This document shows, piece after piece, positions 10,103-20,424 of a stretch of DNA of 64,000 bases. Each line of letters starts with the position of its first letter. Positions within the stretch are counted from its first letter, which is position 1. The notes beneath the pieces are model-generated. The model was given only the letters and a program-made list of their open reading frames with translations, was not told where the DNA came from and did no database searches. The translations under genes were made by a program, and so were the position numbers. The stretch is taken from NCBI GenBank assembly GCA_948502395.1, contig CAOPES010000002.1, forward strand, positions 142,631-206,630, in the 5' to 3' direction. Origin of the DNA: an uncultured Clostridia bacterium. GTDB lineage: Bacteria > Bacillota > Clostridia > TANB77 > CAG-508.

Positions 10103-10326
10103 GTGTTTTAGATTTTTTCTGCGTCAAATAATTTTTACTCAAATATTTGACATTTGGTAAAATTTATAGTAATATAAATATAGATAGAATTAATTAAGTA
10201 TTTTATCAATATAATAAAAAAGAGAAAAGAGCTTATAGCTCAATTCTCTGAGTTGTTTGGATTGATGTTTTCCTTGGCTGGGGCTACATCAATCTCTTTT
10301 TTTGTCATTTTAAATGTGTTGTTTAT

Positions 10327-10611
10327 TCATTTTAACACATTCTCTAAAATAACCTTATCTCCTTCTAAAAAAGCTTGTAGCACAACCATATCACCAACGT
10401 CAAAATCCCTATAAATCAAATCAGCCATTTCATTATATGCACGCACTTCCAGCTGTATTGATTTATCTATGTTGCTATTTCTAAAACCTTCTTCTGTCTT
10501 TAATACAAACGTTGCCTTTGATATCAATTTTTTACTATTAAAAAAGAAGTTAAATTCAACATCTGAAATAATCGTTCCAGATAAATAACATATATTTATA
10601 TTTGTTTTCAT
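10327..10611 (-). CDS. Hypothetical small protein (possibly OB-fold/SSB-like)
   Basis: 94-aa ORF. The N-terminus NINICYLSGTIISDVEF resembles the start of SSB/PriB-type OB folds. This is weak evidence. Confidence 0.45.
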   Translation of the reverse strand: MKTNINICYLSGTIISDVEFNFFFNSKKLISKATFVLKTEEGFRNSNIDKSIQLEVRAYNEMADLIYRDFDVGDMVVLQAFLEGDKVILENVLK

Positions 10612-10727
10612 AATTTAATATTCTTTCATATGCTGATACTTCCATTGTTTATTCCTTTACCATTTTTTATTTATCTTTCATCTCTATACTTTCCAAATGA
10701 GAGCTTCCAGGCTTTCAGTGGTCAGTA

Positions 10728-12360
10728 TTACCTTATGTAAAGCACAGGGCGGAAGCCAATGTCGATGCTGAACCCAGTAGCGGAACCGTTGCCGTGGCGG
10801 ATAGACACAGGGCCGTCGCTACCGTAGTTGCCGAAACCACCCCCACGAAGAACAGCAAACGTCGTTCCAGAACTTCCGTTTGCAGTAGTGTGATTTCCTG
10901 TTTCAGTAGTCCATTCCCACATATTTCCTGCCATGTCGTATATATTTTTTACTTTTGTTTCATCTGCTGCTCCTGTCGCTAGTTCTTTATATATATAATA
11001 ATTATAATTTGTGTCATCATATGAATTTAATGCAAATTCATATTGGTCTCTTATTGATGTTCCTAATGTTACTCTTCCTGACGTTATATTTGCTTTTTTA
11101 TATTTTGTTGCTACTGTCCAATAATCATTTTTATTATTTGCTACCCCTGTTGCATTTCTATTTGCATATCTATGTAAGGCATATAATGTATTTGCTGTTA
11201 TTGTAGTATTGTCTAAATAATTTCCGTAATTTTTACTATCCATTCCTATTCCACTATATTTGCTATCACTTGCCATCCACTTTACAGCTGTATCCCATGC
11301 ATAACTATCCACTAATCCACTTGTTACTGATGTACTTGCTTTATACATATTTTCAGAAACTTTTTTAGCTTTTTCTTGTGATATATAATTCCAGCTTTGT
11401 GTTCCTTTTTGTACTATTGGCCTCATACTTAATACTTCCTCAGAGTTCTTCTTTTCTTCTTTATAATATGTTGCTCCTTCACTATCTGCGTAAAAATCTG
11501 CATCTCTTGGCACTCCTGCTTCATATCTTCCTATATAAAATCCACCATATTTTGTTACACTTGCGTAATTTCCACCATTATCTGACCAACCTGTTATAGC
11601 TTGCCCAGCATTTGTATATCCTGATGGTACTGTTGTGTAGTACCATTGCTTGCTTTTATACTCTTCCCAATATGATGCTAATCCATGATTTCCTGTTCCA
11701 TTATCATCTGTTTTTTCGTACGTTATTCCATTTGTTCCTGAACATGGTATCCACACAAATTGATTCCCTTTTTTGCTGTTGCTATCATCGTCTCCCATTT
11801 TGTCTGAAATTACTAGTCCTGTTGATGGCGTTCCTGTTACATAGTAAAATCCTGTTGGTATTACTGCTTTGTTCATTTTGTCTTCTTTTTCTGTTATTAC
11901 TGCTCTAACACTTTGTTCTTTTAATAATGCTTCTTCCGCACTTCCTTTTTCTGCATTTGCTAGTGTTATTTCTTCTAGATTGTTTTTTTCTAATGTTTGT
12001 TTTTCTTCTGTTCCACCTGTTATTTCACTTAGTGTGTATTCTTTGTTTTTGTATGTTACTGTTCCTTTTGCTATGTTTGCTGTTATTCCGTCTTTTTTTC
12101 CTAGTTCTGTTAGTATGTATTCGTCTTCTTGCATGTCTGTTGCACTTCCATAGTATTCTGACATTATTCCTAGTGCTTCTGTTTGCAAGTATTCTAAGTC
12201 TCCTGCTGCGTTTGTTTTTTCTTTTGCTTGTACTGCTTTTCCTAGTATTCCATTGTCTCCTGTTAATGTGCTTATTGCTACTCCGTGCTAGTATTAATAA
12301 CACTATTATTGTGATTACTAGTGCTATTAAGGTAATTCCTTTGTTTTTTTGTTTTTTCAT
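10728..12360 (-). CDS. Prepilin-type N-terminal signal + FGE-sulfatase (SUMF1) domain protein; the frame is broken at an in-frame CGG (+1)
   Basis: The N-terminus is MKKQKNKGITLIALVITIIVLLILA, then CGG (plus-strand CCG 12283-12285). Skipping the C gives GVAISTLTGDNGILGKAVQAKEKTNAAGDLEYLQTEALG..., which joins ORF 10728..12188. The C-terminus GNMWEWT...LRGGGF...GFRPV is FGE-sulfatase-like. Confidence 0.75.
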
Positions 12361-12468
12361 TTTTTCTACTCCCTTCTTTTGTTTTGCATAAATATTTTAT
12401 ATGTTTTTTCGATTTATGTTAATAGATGGTTAGCACTTTTGTTTTTTTATTTTTTTGATAATACAAAA

Positions 12469-12497
12469 AAGGTAGTAACTTTGTGATTTACTACCTT
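12469..12497 (-). terminator. Intrinsic terminator after the HipA-like gene
   Basis: Minus strand AAGGTAGTAA-loop-TTACTACCTT followed by TTTTGT. Confidence 0.55.
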
Positions 12498-12503
12498 AAT
12501 TAT

Positions 12504-13712
12504 TTATGCTTTTTCTTCCAAGCATTCTATTCTCTTTTTATATCCTTCATATAATTTGTTAATTTCTTCATCTGAAAGCTTAGTATAGTTCTTATATTCA
12601 ACTAGCATTGACCTATAAAAATCCGCCAATTCTTTCAACTTTTTTATTTGACTATCTGTTATATCTTTTTTTAATATTTTTTCTAATTTTCTACTTGGAA
12701 TCAATTCTTTTGTAAAACATTTTACTTCACCTTCTTTAAAGTCCCAATAACTTGTTGTTACATTTGTATTCATACTTCTTCCAGTATCAAATATTGGGCA
12801 TATCCTTTTCCATTCCAGTGTTTGTACATCTCTTATAATTCCAAAATTATTTAAATGTCTATCTTCATTTAGCATAATGTAATCCAACAAGAACATCTTT
12901 TGCAAGTACTCTTCTGCATCTGGAACATTGTGTTTTTTTAGTATTTGTAAATATGTATAATAATCTTCAATCGTTTTTGTTATTTTGCCTTTTTCTTCTG
13001 TTAGTATACTATGGGCTGGTATAATTTCTTCATTTTTATCTATTATACATTTGCATACACTAACTAAATTGTCTTGTCTTTTGCTGTGTATTATCTCTAT
13101 ACTATATTCAACATATGGAACTTCTAAAATTTCACATATCTTGCTTGCCAATACTTCATTTATTGGCTCAAAATTATGAATTGTTCCTGCTCCTTTATAT
13201 AAATAATTTTCGTTGTTTTGCTTTATCCACACTTTTTTTAGCTGACCATTTGCAGTATTGTTTGGTGTTCTGTCTGAATGTTCATTTGATGTTTGTTTTA
13301 GGGTTGTTCCTGCTCCACTACCATATGTGGCATCTGCGAAACTAAAACTGTTGTAATCTTTATCAAAATAATTTATATTTTCCCATTGTAAATTACTGTC
13401 TTTTTCTGGTTTAAACCAGTACTGGTCTGATAATGATAATGCATAGTCTCTGCTTGTTAATTCTTTTATACTATTAACACCGAATATCTCAATGATTTCT
13501 TTTACATTGTCTCTATATACAGGAATTCCCCTTTCGTTAAACCAATTGTTTAATTCAATTACTCTTTTTTCGTCATCTATGTTTTTTATGTTTAATGGGG
13601 CATATTCTATGTTGTATATTTCTTCTATATTTGTTATTACATTTAAGTCTTTATCAAATTCGAATTTTAATACTTCTGTATTTTGATTCATTAAAATATA
13701 TTTTTCCTTCAT
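12504..13712 (-). CDS. HipA-like kinase family protein
   Basis: 402 aa. LLDYIMLNEDRHLNNFGIIRD resembles the HipA C-terminal catalytic motif. No HipB-like partner lies adjacent. Confidence 0.55.
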   Translation of the reverse strand: MKEKYILMNQNTEVLKFEFDKDLNVITNIEEIYNIEYAPLNIKNIDDEKRVIELNNWFNERGIPVYRDNVKEIIEIFGVNSIKELTSRDYALSLSDQYWFKPEKDSNLQWENINYFDKDYNSFSFADATYGSGAGTTLKQTSNEHSDRTPNNTANGQLKKVWIKQNNENYLYKGAGTIHNFEPINEVLASKICEILEVPYVEYSIEIIHSKRQDNLVSVCKCIIDKNEEIIPAHSILTEEKGKITKTIEDYYTYLQILKKHNVPDAEEYLQKMFLLDYIMLNEDRHLNNFGIIRDVQTLEWKRICPIFDTGRSMNTNVTTSYWDFKEGEVKCFTKELIPSRKLEKILKKDITDSQIKKLKELADFYRSMLVEYKNYTKLSDEEINKLYEGYKKRIECLEEKA

Positions 13713-13782
13713 TTATGACCTCTTTCTTTTATTTTAAAATCTCTATAAAAATTGATACTTCAATAATTATAGAGATTTGTAT

Positions 13783-13857
13783 TGGTGACCCGTACGGGAA
13801 TCGAACCCATGATTCCACCTTGAGAGGGTGGCGTCTTAGCCGCTTGACCAACGGGCC
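13783..13857 (-). tRNA. tRNA-Glu (anticodon CUC)
   Basis: The reverse complement is GGCCCGTTGGTCAAGCGGCTAAGACGCCACC-CTCTCAA-GGTGG...GGTTCGATTCCCGTACGGGTCACCA. Confidence 0.9.
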
Positions 13858-13939
13858 ATATAAGTTTAAAGTGCCTAATTATTTCGGCACTTTTATTTAT
13901 ATCATTTTTTTATCGATACGTCAAGACAAATTAATCAAA

Positions 13940-14335
13940 TCAATCAAATATTTTGTCAAAAATTTCTTTTAATCTATCTTCTTTCCCATTCAAATATAAG
14001 TAGCCTATTAATGCTTCAAATGCAGTAGCATACATGTAATCTTTAACATCGCAATTCTTTGGTAAATGGTGATTTTCTGCATTTCTTCCACGTCTAATTA
14101 TATCTTTTTCTTCTTCTGTCAAATCATCCATAATATTTTGCAAAAATTCTGCCTGTGCCTGTGCTTTAACATATTTTATTGATTCTATATGTAACTTATG
14201 TGGTTTTAAATTTGTCCTATTTATAAGCTCTGTTCTAATAAACAGCTCATATACACAATCTCCAACATATGCCCATGTAAGTGGAGACATCATATTAACT
14301 TCTGCTTCACTCTTTTCTAAATTTATAAACTTCAT
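13940..14335 (-). CDS. mrnC: Mini-ribonuclease 3
   Basis: 131 aa with LTWAYVGDCVYELFIR and the RNase III-like signature AFEALIGYLYL. Confidence 0.8.
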   Translation of the reverse strand: MKFINLEKSEAEVNMMSPLTWAYVGDCVYELFIRTELINRTNLKPHKLHIESIKYVKAQAQAEFLQNIMDDLTEEEKDIIRRGRNAENHHLPKNCDVKDYMYATAFEALIGYLYLNGKEDRLKEIFDKIFD

Positions 14336-14360
14336 CTATTTTAAGTATCCTTTCTGTTCA

Positions 14361-14452
14361 TGTCCATTGGGTGTCCATTGGGGACGTTTCTTTTTGGACA
14401 AAATGTCCATTAGGAAACGTCCCAGATGGACATTTTGTCCACTTTGGGACAC
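14361..14452. repeat. Hairpin-repeat cluster D (TGTCCA-stem variant)
   Basis: TGTCCATTGGGGACGTTTCTTTTTGGACA (14372-14400), the inverted TGTCCATTAGGAAACGTCCCAGATGGACA (14404-14432), and partial units on both sides. The cluster ends 1 nt before the rbgA stop. Confidence 0.85.
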
Positions 14453-14453
14453 A

Positions 14454-15365
14454 TCATTCTAGTGTGATTTTTCCTAGTTTCCCATTTTTGAATTCGTCTA
14501 ATATTATTCTTGATGTTTTTTCTTCGTCTATGTTTCCACCTGAAATTATGCATCCCCTTTTTCTTCCTATTTCTAGCATTATTTCATATATATTGATGTT
14601 TTCTGCTTGTTCTTGATTTAGTGTTTCTTTTATGTAGTTTTCAGTTAGTCCATATCTTTCTATTAGTTTTCCTTGATAGTTTTCTAGTAGGTATTTTACT
14701 AATTGATATGCTATTTCTGTTCTTTGTAAGATGTCTTCTTTTATTGTTCCTGTAAATGCTAGTTTTAGTGCTACGTCTTCACTTTCAAATTTTGGCCATA
14801 ATACTCCTGGTGTATCTAGTAGTTCTATTTTGTCGTTTATTCGTATCCATTGTTTTTGTTTTGTTACTCCTGGCTTGTTTCCTACTCCTGCTGTTGTTCT
14901 TTTTGATATTCTGTTTATGAATGATGATTTTCCTACGTTTGGTATTCCTAGTATCATTGCTCTTATTTTTCTGCCTATTCTTCCTTTTTCTGCCTGTTTT
15001 TGCATTTGCTCTTCCATTATTTTTTCTATTTCTTTTATGCAGTTTTCTATTCCTTTTCCTGTGTTTGAGTCTGTTAACACTGCTGGTATTCCTTGTTTTT
15101 TGAAGTAGCTTATCCATTGGCTGTTCTTTTTTTCGTCTGCTAGGTCACATTTATTTAAAACTACTATTTTTTTCTTTCCTGCTGTTATTCTTGCTATGTC
15201 TGGGTTTTGGCTTGCTTTTGGTATCCTTGCGTCTAGCAGTTCTATTACTATGTCTATCATTTTTAGGTCTGCTTCTATTTGTTTCCTTGTTTTTGCCATG
15301 TGGCCTGGATACCAGTTGATGTTGACTTTTGCTAACTTTTCTTCGTTATTATTCATTAATTTCAC
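14454..15365 (-). CDS. rbgA: Ribosome biogenesis GTPase A (YlqF/RbgA)
   Basis: INWYPGHMAKTRKQI and a circularly permuted GTPase (NKCDL ... GIPNVGKSS ... DTPG). Confidence 0.9.
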   Translation of the reverse strand: MKLMNNNEEKLAKVNINWYPGHMAKTRKQIEADLKMIDIVIELLDARIPKASQNPDIARITAGKKKIVVLNKCDLADEKKNSQWISYFKKQGIPAVLTDSNTGKGIENCIKEIEKIMEEQMQKQAEKGRIGRKIRAMILGIPNVGKSSFINRISKRTTAGVGNKPGVTKQKQWIRINDKIELLDTPGVLWPKFESEDVALKLAFTGTIKEDILQRTEIAYQLVKYLLENYQGKLIERYGLTENYIKETLNQEQAENINIYEIMLEIGRKRGCIISGGNIDEEKTSRIILDEFKNGKLGKITLE

Positions 15366-15375
15366 TTTCCTCGTT

Positions 15376-16116
15376 TTAATTTTTTTCTTTTCCTAATATG
15401 ATATGATAAGTTCTTTTTATAAAATCATTATAATCATTTAATATTACACTCGAATCAAAATCATCTTCAATTTTATCTGAATATTTTAATAAATCCTCAT
15501 CATGAATAACACTTCTATAATATTCAGCGTAATCTTCTACATCACGATATGTAAAATCAGGAGCTTTCTCCTTTAAATTTACTAATAAAATTAATGTTTT
15601 ATCCGGTGCATGAAAATATACACTTGGATCATCTTTTGAAAGAATCAAATATTTGCTTAATTGATGTTGAGAAATATTATCATAATGATCAAATTTTCCT
15701 CCATCTTTATAATAAGGTACTTTATCAAATATTATAAAAATTTGAAAATAAGGAATTGAATTTGAACGTATATTAGCAGTTTCTCCCAACATATTTTCAA
15801 AATAATTATTACTGTTTTGTGAATAATTTCTCATTACAAATTTAACTGCATATCCCGCAACAGGTACTCCTTTATGATAAATTGTTATATCTACCCTTTT
15901 AGGATAATATCTACCTTTAATAGTTCCTTCTTTATCGTTTCCTATTCCTTGAGATTTTATTGAATATTCATTTCCTAATATTTCAGATAAATCACTTGCA
16001 ATATGTCCATGTAAAGTTTTTAACTTTGCTGTACTTGTTGATGTTCCAACATTTAAATATGTAGCAAAAGATTCTTTTATAATTTCTAAAAATTGATTAT
16101 TATTCAACATTGACAA
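15376..16116 (-). CDS. Putative type II restriction endonuclease (partner of the adjacent methyltransferase)
   Basis: 246-aa ORF overlapping the methylase 3' end by 17 nt. It has a possible PD-(D/E)XK-like RVDITIY...AVKFV. Assigned mainly from context. Confidence 0.5.
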   Translation of the reverse strand: MSMLNNNQFLEIIKESFATYLNVGTSTSTAKLKTLHGHIASDLSEILGNEYSIKSQGIGNDKEGTIKGRYYPKRVDITIYHKGVPVAGYAVKFVMRNYSQNSNNYFENMLGETANIRSNSIPYFQIFIIFDKVPYYKDGGKFDHYDNISQHQLSKYLILSKDDPSVYFHAPDKTLILLVNLKEKAPDFTYRDVEDYAEYYRSVIHDEDLLKYSDKIEDDFDSSVILNDYNDFIKRTYHIILGKEKN

Positions 16117-17578
16117 ATTTCCCCCCTAATTTATAATCTAAATAACTTTTTACGTCTTTTGAAGAAAAAGTATAATATCCTCCGCTTTTATATTTTCCCA
16201 ACAGTGATACAAATACCCCAAATTCTTCATCTTTTAAGGCTTTTTTTATTTCATCAGTTTGTATATTATCACTAGTTATATATAATCCACTATATACTCC
16301 ACTTCCAGCTTTAACATCAGTAACTTTTAAATCACTTGAATTCGTTATCAAAGCATTTATACCTATCTTATCTTTGTATGTGTCATTGATACCTTGACTG
16401 CGACCAAATGCATACCAATATTTTTCTGTGTCTCTTTCATTACTTCTTTTAATTAGCTTTTCTTTATTGTTTAGCAAATAATTGTATAATGTTTCATCCT
16501 TTTTTAATTCATTTTCTTCAACTAACTTTCCATTTTCATCATATGGGTAAAAGATTTTTGTCCATTTAGCTCTTGACCCCTTTACAGCTGGTATAATATA
16601 TTTTGAAGCAAAATCAAAATTATTTATAAATATTTTATCCGCCAAAGTTGCGTATCCATTTTTTACCTTAATATCTGTATGTGATGAATTATTCAAGACT
16701 TCTTTTAATAATTTTAAATTTTCAACTTTTGAAAAATAATAATTATTATTTGTTATGTATTCTTTTTGACTTAATTCAGTAATAAATTTTTGTTTTAATT
16801 TTTCTTCATCAAACTCAAAATATTTAACTAAATCTTTTTTATATTGTTTATTTAAACATACGATTGTTGTATAAGTACTTGCATTAAATGGTTGAAAATG
16901 TTTTAAATCGCAAATACTTTCAATTAATAAATTATCATTAAAATATCTACGCATATTTGTTCCTGCTACACTTGTAAAAAAAGATGATGGAGTAATATAA
17001 CATAAAATTCCTTTTTCATTTAGCATTTTAATTCCTTTTTCATAAAATACTATATATAAATCTGTCATTCCACCATTTCCAAATAAATAACTTTTAACTG
17101 TATCAATGTCATCATTTAAATTATGAACTCTAACATATGGCGGATTACCTAATACAAAATCCATTTTACCATCAAAAATATCAGTTTTTAATGTATCCAA
17201 ATTAATAAAATCCCAATTAACATTTTTTATATTATATAATTCTGCTACTTTTGAACATCTTTCTTTACAAATTTCCAATTCATCTAAATCAATATCTATT
17301 CCATGAATATATGTTTCTAATTCTATTTTTAATTTATTTAAGTCTTTATTTTGTTTAATGAAATCTTTGCAATATCTATCAACGATGTGAATTAAGAATT
17401 GACCATCCCCACAACTATTGTCTATTGCATGTTTTTTATTAATATTACCTTCAATATAATGTCCTTGATCTAGAATGTCGTCTACTAGATAATCAGGAGT
17501 AAATATTTTTCCTCGATGTTTAATTTTAATAAATTCATCTACTGCTTTTTCATTTTTATATATTTTTTCTTTTGGCAT
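16100..17578 (-). CDS. N6-adenine DNA methyltransferase (Eco57I/TaqI-like gamma class)
   Basis: [10 protein letters not shown] (SAM-binding motif I) and VLGNPPYV (motif IV). The start is probably the ATG at 17578, preceded by GGGGGA. Confidence 0.85.
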   Translation of the reverse strand: MPKEKIYKNEKAVDEFIKIKHRGKIFTPDYLVDDILDQGHYIEGNINKKHAIDNSCGDGQFLIHIVDRYCKDFIKQNKDLNKLKIELETYIHGIDIDLDELEICKERCSKVAELYNIKNVNWDFINLDTLKTDIFDGKMDFVLGNPPYVRVHNLNDDIDTVKSYLFGNGGMTDLYIVFYEKGIKMLNEKGILCYITPSSFFTSVAGTNMRRYFNDNLLIESICDLKHFQPFNASTYTTIVCLNKQYKKDLVKYFEFDEEKLKQKFITELSQKEYITNNNYYFSKVENLKLLKEVLNNSSHTDIKVKNGYATLADKIFINNFDFASKYIIPAVKGSRAKWTKIFYPYDENGKLVEENELKKDETLYNYLLNNKEKLIKRSNERDTEKYWYAFGRSQGINDTYKDKIGINALITNSSDLKVTDVKAGSGVYSGLYITSDNIQTDEIKKALKDEEFGVFVSLLGKYKSGGYYTFSSKDVKSYLDYKLGGKFVNVE

Positions 17579-17602
17579 TTTAATCCCCCATATTATCTTC
17601 AA

Positions 17603-18088
17603 CTATAAAGTCCTATAATTATTCTTATCAGCCCTTTCATCAAGTTGTCTATCATATTGCTCATTAGTATAAAACCAATCAGTTTTCTTATCTTTCGGAT
17701 TATTCTTTCTACTCTTATCCATAAGTAAATCTAGCATAACCGCTACTGCCAAAATTATTCCAACCAATGATATAAACAAATTGGCATATGCATTTATATC
17801 AACATTTCCTTCTACTGCTGACATTATAACTTGTATATTATTTACTACATCTACACCAAAGTACATTCCATAACCCAATAAATAAATTAATCCACCTGCT
17901 ATCTTTCTTTTTATTACTAGCACTAAACTTAATAAAGCAACAAATAGTAGGAGTATTTCAAATGTTTGGTTTAATGGTGTTATTCCACCTAAATCCCAGT
18001 GTAATTCTCCTGCAAGTGCTACTATTATTCTGAATACCCAGAACATTATCATAAACATTACTAACATCCATGTTGAAAAGTTTTTCAT
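17603..18088 (-). CDS. Hypothetical integral membrane protein (4 TM)
   Basis: 161-aa hydrophobic ORF. Confidence 0.6.
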   Translation of the reverse strand: MKNFSTWMLVMFMIMFWVFRIIVALAGELHWDLGGITPLNQTFEILLLFVALLSLVLVIKRKIAGGLIYLLGYGMYFGVDVVNNIQVIMSAVEGNVDINAYANLFISLVGIILAVAVMLDLLMDKSRKNNPKDKKTDWFYTNEQYDRQLDERADKNNYRTL

Positions 18089-18167
18089 TTGTTTTCCTCC
18101 TTTATTTTTAAAAGGTGAAGTAAAAGAATTTTATTCTTTCCTTCACCTTTACCTTTTATATTTTCTA

Positions 18168-18473
18168 TTAGTCTACAAAATCGAAGTCATCTTTAAATTT
18201 TTCTTTGAATATTTCAAATACTTTGTTTAATATTTCTTCGTCGTCGATGCTTACATATGATTCTTTTTCTTCGTCTTCTTCACTGTCTTCTAGTTTTAAT
18301 ATTACTACTTCTCCTTCTTCTTCTTCGCCTTCTTCTGTAATTGGTAGTAATACTACATATTGTTCATCGTCTAGTTCTACTAGGTCTAAAAATTCAAAGT
18401 TTACTTCATTTCCTTCTTCATCATATAATTGTATTATGTTGTCTAATTCTTCTCCCTCGTAATTTTCTTCCAT
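18168..18473 (-). CDS. DUF1292-family acidic protein
   Basis: 101 aa, very acidic, with FEFLDLVELDDEQYVVLLP. It occupies the conserved position after ruvX. Confidence 0.75.
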   Translation of the reverse strand: MEENYEGEELDNIIQLYDEEGNEVNFEFLDLVELDDEQYVVLLPITEEGEEEEGEVVILKLEDSEEDEEKESYVSIDDEEILNKVFEIFKEKFKDDFDFVD

Positions 18474-18563
18474 TTTTTTCTCCTTTCATATTTATATATT
18501 TTTTAAATATAATATCGTAATTTTATTTTTTTTGCAATACATTTTTAATATTTGTTATATTTT

Positions 18564-18995
18564 TTATTGCTCTTTAAGATTTTTTATTTTGTTTAAGTAT
18601 GTTTCTAAAATATATACCGCAGATATAGTATCTACTATATTTCGCTTTTTATTCTTGTTGACTTCTAAAAAATTCATTGTTTTATGAGCTTCAACTGTTG
18701 TTAGCCTTTCATCTATTGTTTCTATCTTCATTTTGTTGTATTTACATTTCAATTTGTGCACAAATTGTTCTGTTATTTTGGCTCTTTCTGACATTGTTCC
18801 ATTCATATTAAGTGGCATTCCTACTACTATGGTGTCTACTTCATATTTTTCAAATATTTCGTCTAGTCTCCTTAATATTACTTTGTCTGAACCATTTCTT
18901 TGTATTGTTTCTAGTCCTTGTGCTGTTATTCCTAATAAATCTGTTACAGCTATTCCAACTCTTGCTTCTCCATAATCTATTCCTAATATTCTCAT
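18564..18995 (-). CDS. ruvX: Putative pre-16S rRNA nuclease / Holliday junction resolvase-like YqgF
   Basis: MRILGIDYGEARVGIAV... is a typical YqgF N-terminus. 143 aa. Confidence 0.88.
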   Translation of the reverse strand: MRILGIDYGEARVGIAVTDLLGITAQGLETIQRNGSDKVILRRLDEIFEKYEVDTIVVGMPLNMNGTMSERAKITEQFVHKLKCKYNKMKIETIDERLTTVEAHKTMNFLEVNKNKKRNIVDTISAVYILETYLNKIKNLKEQ

Positions 18996-18998
18996 GTT

Positions 18999-19253
18999 TT
19001 AATCTTCTAACCCTATATAATCTTTTACCATTTTTTCAAGTAATTCATCTCTTTCTATTGCTCTTATTTTATTTCTTGCATCATTATGGCTTGTGATGTA
19101 TGTTGGATCTCCTGATAATATATAGCCAACAATTTGATTTATTGGATTATATCCTTTTTCTACTAATGCTTCGTATACCTCTTTTAATATTTCTCTGCAT
19201 TTTGTATTTTCTTCTCTTTCTACTTGAAAGTGCATTGTTTTGTCAAATTCCAT
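18999..19253 (-). CDS. IreB-family regulatory phosphoprotein (UPF0297)
   Basis: 84 aa with [27 protein letters not shown]. Confidence 0.85.
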   Translation of the reverse strand: MEFDKTMHFQVEREENTKCREILKEVYEALVEKGYNPINQIVGYILSGDPTYITSHNDARNKIRAIERDELLEKMVKDYIGLED

Positions 19254-19273
19254 AGTTATAATCCTCCTTTAAT

Positions 19274-20401
19274 TTATATATTTGTTATATCGCTTTCATT
19301 TATGTCAGCGCTATCTAAGTACTCTTCTAATTTTTTCAATACTTTTTCTATTCCTGTACCTTTATAATATGAAGATATTACAAAGTTTAATCTTGGTGTT
19401 GCAACTTGCTCTATTTGTTTTTTCTTTGTTGTCTTTTTCTTAGGCTCTTCATATACTTGTGGCTCTTCTTCTAGTTTTATTGGTGTTGTTTCTATTTTTT
19501 CTTTTATTTCATTTAAGAAATCTGCTACTCCTGTTGCGTCTACACCTGAGAATGCAATTACAAATTTTGGTCCCATATATCTTACAAATACGTATTCATC
19601 TGATAGGTTTTCTTTTATATATTTGCTTATTTCTGTAATTACTTTGTTTCCCAAATCTCTAGAATATTGCTTATTTATTTGTTGTATGTTTGTTACTTTA
19701 AACATACACATTGTTGATATTGTATATTGTTCTATTACTTTTTTACCTTCACCATATAGATATGCTTCTGAATTTAGTCCTGTAAATTGGTCTTCTCTTA
19801 CTATTGATTCTAGTGTTTTTTGGTGTACTACTGTTTTTAATACTGCTACAATATTTTCTTTTATTATTTCTAAGACTGTTATATCTATATTGTCAAAGTC
19901 GTGTGGTGTTCCACTTTCTATTATCCAATATCCAATATATACGTTATCTATATATAGCGGGAAAAATATAGCTGATTTTGCTCTTCCAAATTCCATTTGT
20001 TGATATGGTAATCTTTCATTTTCATTGTTTACTGTTACTGATTTTGGAACAGCGGCTTCTATACTGTCTTTAAACATTTCTACTTTATGCAAGTTTCTTA
20101 ATGAATCCCAGTGTTTTGGGTCTACATTAGATGTTTTTACTTGATATTCTGCTCCGTCGTATATTACTATTGTTGAATATTTGATTTCATATTTTTCTAT
20201 TAAGATATCGTTTATTTTCTTTATTTTGTTTTCTACTGTTGATGTTTCGCCTATTGCGCTTATGAAATCTTGTACAACACTTAGGTTTCTTACTTTTTGA
20301 TCTAAATTGTTAAGTTTTTGTATTTTTTTATGTATCGTTATATTGTACACTATTAGTCCAAATATAACTGCCACTAATATTATAACTACTACTATTATCA
20401 C
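19274..20401 (-). CDS. Membrane-anchored sensor protein with a degenerate GGDEF-like C-terminal domain
   Basis: It has an N-terminal TM helix. REDQFTGLNSEAY resembles the start of a GGDEF domain, but the GGDEF position reads YMGPKF. Confidence 0.5.
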   Translation of the reverse strand: MIIVVVIILVAVIFGLIVYNITIHKKIQKLNNLDQKVRNLSVVQDFISAIGETSTVENKIKKINDILIEKYEIKYSTIVIYDGAEYQVKTSNVDPKHWDSLRNLHKVEMFKDSIEAAVPKSVTVNNENERLPYQQMEFGRAKSAIFFPLYIDNVYIGYWIIESGTPHDFDNIDITVLEIIKENIVAVLKTVVHQKTLESIVREDQFTGLNSEAYLYGEGKKVIEQYTISTMCMFKVTNIQQINKQYSRDLGNKVITEISKYIKENLSDEYVFVRYMGPKFVIAFSGVDATGVADFLNEIKEKIETTPIKLEEEPQVYEEPKKKTTKKKQIEQVATPRLNFVISSYYKGTGIEKVLKKLEEYLDSADINESDITNI

Positions 20402-20424
20402 TTATTTTCCCCTTTCAGTACATT

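Noticed and set aside
12025-12360. 111-aa ORF taken at face value
   Set aside because: Only the first 25 residues (the prepilin-type signal) look real. After the CGG the translation is low-complexity R/K/N/S, and the adjacent frame continues the expected GVAISTLTGDNG sequence.
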